Positions 48,545 through 56,886 of a DNA stretch of 64,000 bases are shown here, piece by piece; position 1 is the first letter of the stretch, and every line of letters starts with the position of its first letter. Origin of the DNA: Candidatus Multivoradales bacterium (lineage in GTDB: Bacteria; Acidobacteriota; Thermoanaerobaculia; Multivoradales; JAHEKO01); assembly GCA_965248055.1 (NCBI GenBank), contig CBDFIJ010000004.1:1760001-1824000 (forward strand). The letters are read 5' to 3'. The notes under the pieces are model-generated. The model saw only the letters and a list, made by a program, of their open reading frames with translations. It did no database searches and was not told the origin of the DNA. The translations under genes and the position numbers were made by a program.

Positions 48545-49081
48545 TTACGCGACCGGTGCATGGTGCGCTTGTACCAAATCTACCAATCCCTGCGCATCAT
48601 CGGGCGTAACTACTACTCCTTCTTCTTGCCAGCCCAGCAACACCGGTCGATCCAAATTGCTGGTGTAGAGCTCAATTTCCCCCAACAGCCGTGAGTCATA
48701 GCCCCCGGTGGCCACTTGAAATCCAGACCATCGAGTCAACCTGCGCAGATGCTCTGCTTCTTCGTCGGTCAGGTGCCGTGCGAAGTCAGGAAACGGTCGA
48801 CGCAGTCGACGGTGGCGCAACTGCAGTGTCACCTCTTCGCCCTCTTTGCCTTTGGACTCCAGCTCGATCCACATCAGATCCAGATCCCGAGACATGCGAG
48901 CGGCATACGCAGTGAGTAAACCAACCAGAGTCATGATCACCGCTGAACCGTACACTCCTTTAATTAACAGCAGAATCGCCACAGCAAGAACCACGATCGA
49001 CAGTAGGGTCAAACCTCGACCGAGTCGCCGACGATTGGTCTCTACTGAACCTCTGGGACTGCAGACAAACTTCTTGGCCAT
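48545..49081 (-). CDS. Membrane protein with bacterial PH-like domain
   Basis: Two TM segments, then GGYDSRLLGEIELYTSN...VLL...VVVTPDD. Confidence 0.6.
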   Translation of the reverse strand: MAKKFVCSPRGSVETNRRRLGRGLTLLSIVVLAVAILLLIKGVYGSAVIMTLVGLLTAYAARMSRDLDLMWIELESKGKEGEEVTLQLRHRRLRRPFPDFARHLTDEEAEHLRRLTRWSGFQVATGGYDSRLLGEIELYTSNLDRPVLLGWQEEGVVVTPDDAQGLVDLVQAHHAPVA

Positions 49082-50056
49082 CTAACTTTCCTTCACCGTC
49101 ATGGTTTCCGCTATCGAATTCACGGTGGGTTCCGGTTCAATCTTGGCGCGCGGATGACTCTTGCGATACACGTGTAGCAGCCGGTCGATATCGACATGGG
49201 TGTAGCGTTGCGTGGTGCTCAAGGAGGCGTGGCCCAACAACTCTTGAATGGTGCGCAAATCCGCGCCTGCTTCCAGCAAGTGAGTGGCAAAACTATGGCG
49301 CATGGTGTGAGGGTGGACTCCCCCAGCTAGCGACGAGGACTCCACATACTGATCGAGAATGCGCCGTACCGAGCGCGCTGTCAACCGCCCACCACGTTGA
49401 TTGACGAAGACGCATTGATCATCGTCCCAAGGTCGGCCGGCTAGCACCTGCCATGCTTCCTGCCATTGGCGCAGAGTTTGCGCAGCCGGTTTGCCATAGG
49501 GGACCATGCGTTCCTTGCCACCTTTCCCCACCACCCGCAACGTCCTGCCTCCGGGCTCAAGATCTTTCCAGTTGAGGGAAACCAATTCGCCAACGCGTAG
49601 ACCGGTGGCATAGAGCAACTCCAACATAGCTCGATCGCGCCGCGAAACAGGCAGATCCCCCTCGGGAGCCTCGAGCAGCACATTCATCTCAGCGGGTCGC
49701 AAATGGCGTGGCAACTTGCGTTCGCTACGTGGCGTCTTGATGGCTTCGGCTGGACTGGCCTCAAGCACCCCTTCGCGACAGGCAAAGCGAAACACCCCCT
49801 TGAGCGCTGACAAGGTCCGGCCCTGGCTGCTGCGAGCGTTTCCGGAAAGGGCCAAATGAGCCAGAAATGCCCGCAGCGCCATCGCGTCGACTTCCACCAC
49901 CTTGATCTCGGTCAGCTTCTTCTCAAAGTAGTCCCGAGATAGAAATTTCGACAATCGGCGCAGATCACCTTCGTAGGCACGAATGGTGTTTTCTGCCAGG
50001 CGGCGTTCTCCTGCCAAATAATCCAAATAGCGAAATACCAACCGGGGAAGATTCAT
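49082..50056 (-). CDS. xerC: Tyrosine recombinase XerC
   Basis: LYATGLRVGEL, GKGGKER, HPHTMRHSFATHLL, LLGHASLSTTQRY; topA-trmFO-xerC-hslVU context. Confidence 0.9.
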   Translation of the reverse strand: MNLPRLVFRYLDYLAGERRLAENTIRAYEGDLRRLSKFLSRDYFEKKLTEIKVVEVDAMALRAFLAHLALSGNARSSQGRTLSALKGVFRFACREGVLEASPAEAIKTPRSERKLPRHLRPAEMNVLLEAPEGDLPVSRRDRAMLELLYATGLRVGELVSLNWKDLEPGGRTLRVVGKGGKERMVPYGKPAAQTLRQWQEAWQVLAGRPWDDDQCVFVNQRGGRLTARSVRRILDQYVESSSLAGGVHPHTMRHSFATHLLEAGADLRTIQELLGHASLSTTQRYTHVDIDRLLHVYRKSHPRAKIEPEPTVNSIAETMTVKES

Positions 50057-51435
50057 GTTTGGACCGCTCGCACAGGTTGCTCGACAGCACTGTCCGTCTC
50101 CACCGCAAAATGGTAGGGCAGGCCGTTGGTCGCAGCCCACTGCGCCAGGTGCTGTCGGGCGCGGGCGGCATATGCCGGCCTTCGATCTCGCTTGCGCAAT
50201 CGCTGATTGAGCGCGGGAAACAGACCGAAGTTGATATTGGACGGCTGGTATCTCTGCGGTGAAGAAAGGGTCAGATGCCGCGCTAGAGCCCCGAGTGCGG
50301 TCTCATCAGGAATCAAAGGCAACCGCGTCCCGGCAAGCTCGGCTGCCAGATACAGGCCGACCGCCAGCCCGGTGGCGGACGATTCCAGATAGCCCTCGAC
50401 ACCGGTGATCTGTCCGGCAAAGCGGATCTGTGGTTGCGCCTGCAGAGCATACCTGGGGCCAAGATGACGCGGTGCGTTGATGTAGGTGTTGCGATGCACC
50501 TGCCCCATGCGCACAAACTCCGCCGACTCCAGCCCAGGGATCATCCGTAGCACGCGTTTCTGATCCCCCCACTTGATGCGGGTCTGAAACCCCACTAGGT
50601 TGAACTGGGTTCGGGCGACATCCTCGCGCCGCAACTGAACCACCGCGTAGGGCTTGGACTCACTATCCCAAACATCGTCCGGTGGCTCCAGTCCCACCGG
50701 TTTCATCGGGCCAAAACACAGCGTCTGCACTCCCCGGCGAGCGATCTCTTCCAGCGGCAAGCAACCCTCAAAAAAGAGCTTGGCCTCAAAGTTATGAAGT
50801 TCCGCAGTTTCAGCTCGTAATACAGCGTCAACAAACCGCTGGTAAAGATCCTGGTCCATCGGGCTATTCAGGTAGTCATCACCGTTGCCTTTACCGTAGC
50901 GCGAGCCCCAAAACATCTTCGACAGATCTAAAGACTCGGCGCTGACGATCGGCGCGATCGCGTCATAGAAATAGAGCGACTGCTCGCCCAGAAGCTCCCG
51001 CAATTGGCTGCTCAACGCTTCGCTGGTCAGTGGTCCGGTGGCGATCACCACCGGCCCGTCAGGAATCTCGGTCAGCTCTTCACGCCGCAGCGTGATCCGA
51101 GGATGATTATCGATCGCTGCAGTGACCTTCGCGGAAAATTGGTAGCGGTCCACCGCCAACGCCCCACCAGCTGCCACCGCTGATTGACGCGCCGTCGGAA
51201 TCACCAGCGACCCCAACGCCTCCATCTCTCGCTTCAACAGCCCAGCAGGGTGGTTGGGATCATCTGAGCGCAGTGAATTCGAACACACCAACTCCGCCAA
51301 ATCCCCGGTCTTGTGTGCTGGCGTCGACCGCTCGGGTCGCATCTCCCACAGATCCACCTCAAACCCGCGCTCAGCAACCTGAAACGCGCACTCCGTCCCG
51401 GCCAACCCGCCGCCGATAATAGTGAGATCAGGCAT
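50053..51435 (-). CDS. trmFO: Folate/FAD-dependent tRNA m5U54 methyltransferase
   Basis: IIGGGLAG, AELVCSNS, FYDAIAP, FGPMKPVGL, AGQITGVEGY. Confidence 0.96.
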   Translation of the reverse strand: MPDLTIIGGGLAGTECAFQVAERGFEVDLWEMRPERSTPAHKTGDLAELVCSNSLRSDDPNHPAGLLKREMEALGSLVIPTARQSAVAAGGALAVDRYQFSAKVTAAIDNHPRITLRREELTEIPDGPVVIATGPLTSEALSSQLRELLGEQSLYFYDAIAPIVSAESLDLSKMFWGSRYGKGNGDDYLNSPMDQDLYQRFVDAVLRAETAELHNFEAKLFFEGCLPLEEIARRGVQTLCFGPMKPVGLEPPDDVWDSESKPYAVVQLRREDVARTQFNLVGFQTRIKWGDQKRVLRMIPGLESAEFVRMGQVHRNTYINAPRHLGPRYALQAQPQIRFAGQITGVEGYLESSATGLAVGLYLAAELAGTRLPLIPDETALGALARHLTLSSPQRYQPSNINFGLFPALNQRLRKRDRRPAYAARARQHLAQWAATNGLPYHFAVETDSAVEQPVRAVQT

Positions 51436-51492
51436 ATCGGGATTATGCCACCCGAGTGACTTACCCCTTGACACCAGAGACTGTAGGTATTG

Positions 51493-54072
51493 CTACCGCT
51501 TGCGCGCTTTGCGCTTCGGGGCCTTACCGCGTTCGGCGAGAATCGCCACCGCTTGTTCTTTGGTCATGGTCTCAGCGTCATCGCCTTTGCGCAGCGATGC
51601 GTTGACCTCACCGTTGGTTAGGTAGGGGCCGAAACGACCGTCGAGCAGGCGCACGGAAAGCTTGTCGTGCTCACCGAAGTCGTTGAGCACTTTGGCTGTT
51701 GCCCGGCCGCGGGTCTTGGGTTGAGCCAGGATGACCAGAGCACGGTCGAGTTCGACAGTGTAGATGTCGTCTTCGACAGACAACGAGCGAGTTTCTTTGC
51801 CAGCTTTGAGATAGGGACCGTAGCGGCCTGAGGCCGCCACCACTTCTTCTTCTGTTTCCGGGTGGACTCCCAGGGTCCGGGGTAGCGAAAGCCACAGCAA
51901 CGCATCGTCTAGGGTCACGCTGTCTTCGGTGCGGCCCTTGGGTAGGGATGCGCGCTTGGGCTTGGGTTCCTTAGTTCCTTTTTCTGGTGTTTCGCCCAAT
52001 TGCACGTAGGGCCCGAAACGACCGGTCGCCAGGTAAATCGGTTCTCCGTCCTGGTGCCCTAAGATCTGCGGCCCATCGCTCTGGGTTTCCAGAATCTCGC
52101 GCGCCATCTCGAGTGTCAGATCCGCCGGAGCAAGGCCATCGGGCAACGAAGCGCTTTGCTTGCCGTCACCTTCCCCACGCTGCAAGAACGGTCCGTATCG
52201 ACCAATTCTGACTACCACCGCTCGACCTTCTTCGTCTTCGCCCAGCTCCATGGCTGGGTAGTTGATGAGGTCGGTTTCTTTCTCCAGTCGAGCCTTCAAG
52301 CCCGGGTCGTTGGCGCCACCGAAGTAGAACCCATGTAAGTGATCCAGCCACGGGATCTGACCACTGGCAACATCGTCCAGGGACTGCTCCATAGTGGCGG
52401 TAAAACCCGTGTCAACGTAGTCTCGGAAATGCTTTTCCAACAACAAGGTTACGGCGTGAGCAGTGAAGGTCGGGACCAGGGCGTTGCCTTGTTTTTCGAC
52501 ATAACCGCGCCGTTGGATGGTCTCGATAATCGGTGCATAGGTGGACGGTCGGCCGATCCCGAGTTCTTCCAGCAGTTTGACCAAGGTCGCCTCGGTGTAG
52601 CGGGCCGGCGGTTTGGTTTGCTTACCCACCGCGTCGACCAATTGCGGATCGATCGAGCCACCAATGGTCAACGAGGGCAGCAGGGATTCGTCATCTTCTG
52701 TGGAGCGTCCATAGGCGGCCATCCAGCCTGGAAAGTCAATCACCTGACCAGTGGCTTGAAAGACCGCTTCTTTGCCACCGGATTGAACCATTGGGTGCAA
52801 GGTCACTGCGGTCCGCGAGAGCTTGGCGTCGCTCATCTGGCTCGCCATCGTCCGGCGCCAAATCAAGTCGTAGAGTTTGAGTTCGTCATCCTGTAGGTGG
52901 GCTTTGAGGCTGTCTGGAGTGCGCTCCAAACTAGTGGGTCGAATCGCTTCATGGGCCTCTTGAGCGCCTTTGGATTTGGTCTTGTAGCGCCGCTCGCCAG
53001 TAGCGTAGTCCTTGCCGAAGTGACTACCGATGACCTTCTGTGCCTCAGCCAGGGCGCGCTCGGATAGAGTCATGGAGTCGGTTCGCATATAGGTAATGAG
53101 ACCTTCATGTCCGCTGCCTAAATCGATCCCTTCATACAGCCTCTGAGCCGCCCGCATGGTGCGCGAAGCACCAAACCCCAGACGCCCGTTGGCTGCCTGC
53201 TGCAGGGAAGAGGTGGTAAACGGAGGCGATGGACGGCGGGTTACCGGCTTGGTTTCGACGTTGGCGACGGTCCAGGGCGTCGACCAGCCGAGCAACAACT
53301 CGAGAGCTTCTCCCTCTTGCTTGAGCCACAAACGTTTCTCAGGGTTCTTGAGCTCGCCGGACTCGGGATCAAAATCACGACCGGTTGCTAGCGGCTCACC
53401 AGCCACCGACTTCATCTGCGCCTGAAACGAAATTCCGTCCTTTTCGAGGGTGGCCTCCAAGGACCAGTATCCGGCAGTCATAAATCGGTGGCGATCACGC
53501 TCGCGTAAAACGCAAAGCCGTACCGCCACACTTTGTACCCGACCCGCCGACAATCCGCGCTGTACTTTCTTCCACAAGACCGGCGAGAGCTCGTAGCCAT
53601 ACAACCGATCAATGATGCGCCGATTCTCTTGCGCCCGGATCAGTTGGTAGTCGAGTTCTCGCGGGTTCTCCAGCGCCTCACGCACCGCGTCTTCGGTGAT
53701 CTCGTGAAAAGCAATGCGCTTGACCGGAACTTTGGGCTTGAGCACTTCGACAATATGCCAGCCAATCGATTCGCCTTCGCGATCTTCATCAGTCGCCAGA
53801 ATCAATTCGTCGGCGCCAACTAATGCCTTCTTGAGCGTTTGGATGTGTTTCTTGCGATCCGCAGAGATGACATAGATCGGATCAAACTTGTGGTCGACGT
53901 TGACCCCGAGTCGAGCCCATGGCTCGCCTTTGTGGCGTGCAGGAATCTGGCTGGCACTACCCGGAAGGTCCCGAATATGGCCATAGCTGGCTTCGACCCG
54001 GTATTCGGATCCCAGAAACCGGGCGAGAGTCTTGGCTTTGGCTGGTGATTCAACAACAACAAGTGACGGCAT
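51493..54072 (-). CDS. topA: DNA topoisomerase I (non-zinc C-terminal repeats)
   Basis: VVVESPAKAK, ATDEDREGE, SAGRVQS, ITYMRTDS, GIGRPSTY; four GR(Y/F)GP(Y/F) repeats. Confidence 0.97.
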   Translation of the reverse strand: MPSLVVVESPAKAKTLARFLGSEYRVEASYGHIRDLPGSASQIPARHKGEPWARLGVNVDHKFDPIYVISADRKKHIQTLKKALVGADELILATDEDREGESIGWHIVEVLKPKVPVKRIAFHEITEDAVREALENPRELDYQLIRAQENRRIIDRLYGYELSPVLWKKVQRGLSAGRVQSVAVRLCVLRERDRHRFMTAGYWSLEATLEKDGISFQAQMKSVAGEPLATGRDFDPESGELKNPEKRLWLKQEGEALELLLGWSTPWTVANVETKPVTRRPSPPFTTSSLQQAANGRLGFGASRTMRAAQRLYEGIDLGSGHEGLITYMRTDSMTLSERALAEAQKVIGSHFGKDYATGERRYKTKSKGAQEAHEAIRPTSLERTPDSLKAHLQDDELKLYDLIWRRTMASQMSDAKLSRTAVTLHPMVQSGGKEAVFQATGQVIDFPGWMAAYGRSTEDDESLLPSLTIGGSIDPQLVDAVGKQTKPPARYTEATLVKLLEELGIGRPSTYAPIIETIQRRGYVEKQGNALVPTFTAHAVTLLLEKHFRDYVDTGFTATMEQSLDDVASGQIPWLDHLHGFYFGGANDPGLKARLEKETDLINYPAMELGEDEEGRAVVVRIGRYGPFLQRGEGDGKQSASLPDGLAPADLTLEMAREILETQSDGPQILGHQDGEPIYLATGRFGPYVQLGETPEKGTKEPKPKRASLPKGRTEDSVTLDDALLWLSLPRTLGVHPETEEEVVAASGRYGPYLKAGKETRSLSVEDDIYTVELDRALVILAQPKTRGRATAKVLNDFGEHDKLSVRLLDGRFGPYLTNGEVNASLRKGDDAETMTKEQAVAILAERGKAPKRKARKR

Positions 54073-54192
54073 AAGTCGAGTAGCTCCACGGAGAGTAGAT
54101 TGGCAAAGCAGTGGTGATGGGCGAATAACAACGCATCGGCGCGGAACTCTCGGGGAAATCATCGCGTTCGTCAACCCATGGCACTCTCCGCG

Positions 54193-55311
54193 CTATCGCA
54201 CCAAGCGCCCAAAACGATCTCCTGGTTGCCGACTGATCAAGCCCAATAGCTCCAACTTAGACAACTCCACCAGGAGTTCTTCTATGCGCCGCTCTAGGGC
54301 CTTAGAGAGTTGCTCCACAGATATCGATTCACCCAATGGCGGCAACGCTTCCCACAGTTTTCGGTCGACCTCTTTGGGGATCGCTGAGGAGGCGTCTTCG
54401 GGGAGCTGCAAGCCAGGGATAAAGTCGATCAGGTCCCGGGGTCGATGGGCCACGCCAGCTCCGTCTGAGATCAAGGCATGACAACCCTGAGATCTAACAT
54501 CAAATATCGACCCGGGGACAGCAAAGACGTCTCGACCGAGATCGAGTGCGAGCCGGGCCGTGATCAGAGATCCAGAGCGAAAGGTCGCTCGCACGACCAG
54601 CACGCTTCGAGCTAGAGCAGAGATCAGATGGTTACGAATCGGGAAGTTGCGAGCCAGGGGTGGTGTTGCGATCGGAAACTGGCTGATCACCGCTCCTTGA
54701 CCGGCAATCTGATCGGCCAAGGATCGATGGTGGCGCGGATAAGCGACATCGATACCGCACCCCAAGACCGCGACCGTCTTGCCAGAGGTTTCGAGGGCTC
54801 CTCGGTGCGCCGCACCATCAACTCCGGTCGCCATGCCCGACACCACGGTGGCTCCCGCAGAAGCGAGGCGACGTCCAAATCGCTTTGCTGCTTGGCGTCC
54901 ATAGTCGCCGCACCGGCGTGAGCCGACGATCGCGATCGCTAACGTTGGATTCTGCAGACAGGTCGGTGGAAGGCTTCCTCTGACGTACAGCACCGGCGGA
55001 GGAAGCTCAAGGTCAAAAAAAATTGGAGGATAGCCACGGTCATTCCAGGTCAAGATCACGGCCTTGGCGCGATCCGCACCCACTCGTTGTTGTTTGGCGA
55101 GCGAGGCGGCTTTGTCTAAAGCCTGCTCTACTTGCGACCTGCCTTTGAATTGGTTCCAGGCATCGGAACGGAGAAGTTCCGGATCGGCGGCGATTTGGTA
55201 GATGCGATCCAGCGAGATCGACCTCAGGGTGTTGATCGCGATCAATTGATCATCGGACAGCGAGGCATTGGCCAGTAGGTCATCGGACTGCGGTTTATCG
55301 GAATAATGCAT
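54193..55311 (-). CDS. dprA: DNA-processing protein DprA
   Basis: AIVGSR, VVSGMATGVDGAAHRGAL, NFPIRN, SGSLITA, VFAVPGSI. Confidence 0.95.
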   Translation of the reverse strand: MHYSDKPQSDDLLANASLSDDQLIAINTLRSISLDRIYQIAADPELLRSDAWNQFKGRSQVEQALDKAASLAKQQRVGADRAKAVILTWNDRGYPPIFFDLELPPPVLYVRGSLPPTCLQNPTLAIAIVGSRRCGDYGRQAAKRFGRRLASAGATVVSGMATGVDGAAHRGALETSGKTVAVLGCGIDVAYPRHHRSLADQIAGQGAVISQFPIATPPLARNFPIRNHLISALARSVLVVRATFRSGSLITARLALDLGRDVFAVPGSIFDVRSQGCHALISDGAGVAHRPRDLIDFIPGLQLPEDASSAIPKEVDRKLWEALPPLGESISVEQLSKALERRIEELLVELSKLELLGLISRQPGDRFGRLVR

Positions 55312-55654
55312 CTTTCAAGGTTGGTCAGCGAGGGAGTCGTCCACACTAGGAGACGACCGCCTCTTAAGATGAGACGAAAAGCTCTACCGTGACCTTGCCG
55401 GCGGCGCAATATCAATAACCACAAGCGAAAACTTGAGGCACTGGGTGGCGTATTCAAGGTACGGCACCGCCCTTGCAGCCCCTCGGCCTGCCGACCGAGC
55501 GCTGGGGTTCCGGTTGGCTCAAACTAGATCTACGACAGTGATTGAAACAAGCCCATTGTCAAATTCGGCAGATTCACTGAACCATTTTCGTGTGATGCGC
55601 CCGTATATACTGCCGATGGGTAGTCTTTCGTCACGCACCTGGAGATTTTTTTCC

Positions 55655-56176
55655 ATGGGTAATTACCAATCTTGGCTCTTGGTCCGCAGGCTGGGAGCGC
55701 TTTTCGTTGTTGCGTTCTTAGCACTGCCGATCGGGATCCAAGCAAAACCGGTCGGTCAACTTGGGTTCGGCGCACAGATGGCGTCGCGCGGGCTGTGGAG
55801 CGAAGCCTTGTTTCGTTTTCGTCAGGCGGAAAAAAGCGACCCGGACAACCCGCGCATCCTCAACAACATCGCAGTCTCGCTTGAAGCTCTCGGCCTCTAC
55901 GATGAAGCCCTGGAGCAATATCGCAAAGCGGTCGAGGTAGCGCCCAATTTGGATCACGCCAAGAAAAACTACGCTCGTTTCGTCGACTTCTATCAAGCCT
56001 TCAAAGGCGGTGAGGTCGAGTTATCCGACGACGAAAACGCCGGTGCGCTAGCGGAAGCTGATCCGGAGGCGGCCCAAACAGCCGCGAGTGCTCAGGAAAG
56101 CGGCGAACCTACAGATGGCCAACAGGACGCTGAAGGCAAGCCGGGCAATCTATCGTTGGATGGGGACTTATCATGA
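55655..56176 (+). CDS. Exported TPR protein
   Basis: GGAG RBS, signal peptide; GLWSEALFRF...ILNNIAVSLEALGLYDEALEQYRKA. Confidence 0.82.
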   Translation: MGNYQSWLLVRRLGALFVVAFLALPIGIQAKPVGQLGFGAQMASRGLWSEALFRFRQAEKSDPDNPRILNNIAVSLEALGLYDEALEQYRKAVEVAPNLDHAKKNYARFVDFYQAFKGGEVELSDDENAGALAEADPEAAQTAASAQESGEPTDGQQDAEGKPGNLSLDGDLS

Positions 56177-56886
56177 CCATTCGCAGACCAGGTCGGAACC
56201 GCTCGCTGTTGTTGGGGACGCTTGCGCTCATTGTAGGAAGTATGGATTTTCCACTGGCAGCCTCGGAAGTTGAAGTCCATATCGTGCTACCCGTGCGGGC
56301 GCGCATTGCCCTGGAGAACCGAGGCACGGTGACCCTTGCACCCTGTTTGATCTTTGATGAAGAAGGCGAAGAGAACGCCTACGATATTGATCTGGTCAAA
56401 GAGTTCGAACGCTACTTCAGTCGCTTGCTCGGACGTAAGACCGACCTCAAGTTCATCGAATCGGGACCAATCGACTACCCATCTTTTGATTTGGGACAAC
56501 TGGGCAATGACTCTGATTTTTGGGCCTTCGTGGGTTCACAGACACAAGCTGACTTGGTGCTCGCTTGTAGCTTGGATTTTGATGTTCAAGAGCGAAGCGG
56601 ATACCGTTCTCAACCTTACGTCTCTCCTTACGACGGACGAACCTACGAGCGTCAAGTCTTGATTGAAAACACCGGATTTGAATTCGATATTGTGCTCCAG
56701 GTTTATGAAGGCGCCACTGGCGAACAGCTCTATACCGAGAACTTCAAAGATTTTCGAGAGTTTCCCACTGACAGCGCCGACCCCATCACCGGAATGTTCG
56801 CCAATTTGCAGGCGTTAGAAGATCGCATCGCTGGAATTTTTGTCCAGCGAGAGGTTCCCGCCAGCCGCACCCTCTACACTGAATGA
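56173..56886 (+). CDS. Hypothetical exported protein
   Basis: Signal peptide; ATGA overlaps with both neighbours; alpha/beta pattern loosely reminiscent of CsgG/TolB-N domains. Confidence 0.7.
   Translation: MTIRRPGRNRSLLLGTLALIVGSMDFPLAASEVEVHIVLPVRARIALENRGTVTLAPCLIFDEEGEENAYDIDLVKEFERYFSRLLGRKTDLKFIESGPIDYPSFDLGQLGNDSDFWAFVGSQTQADLVLACSLDFDVQERSGYRSQPYVSPYDGRTYERQVLIENTGFEFDIVLQVYEGATGEQLYTENFKDFREFPTDSADPITGMFANLQALEDRIAGIFVQREVPASRTLYTE

Noticed and set aside
49082-50056. Tyrosine recombinase as a phage/island integrase responsible for the 34-38 kb duplication
   Set aside because: Sequence and topA-trmFO-xerC-hslVU context fit housekeeping XerC; no att sites next to it
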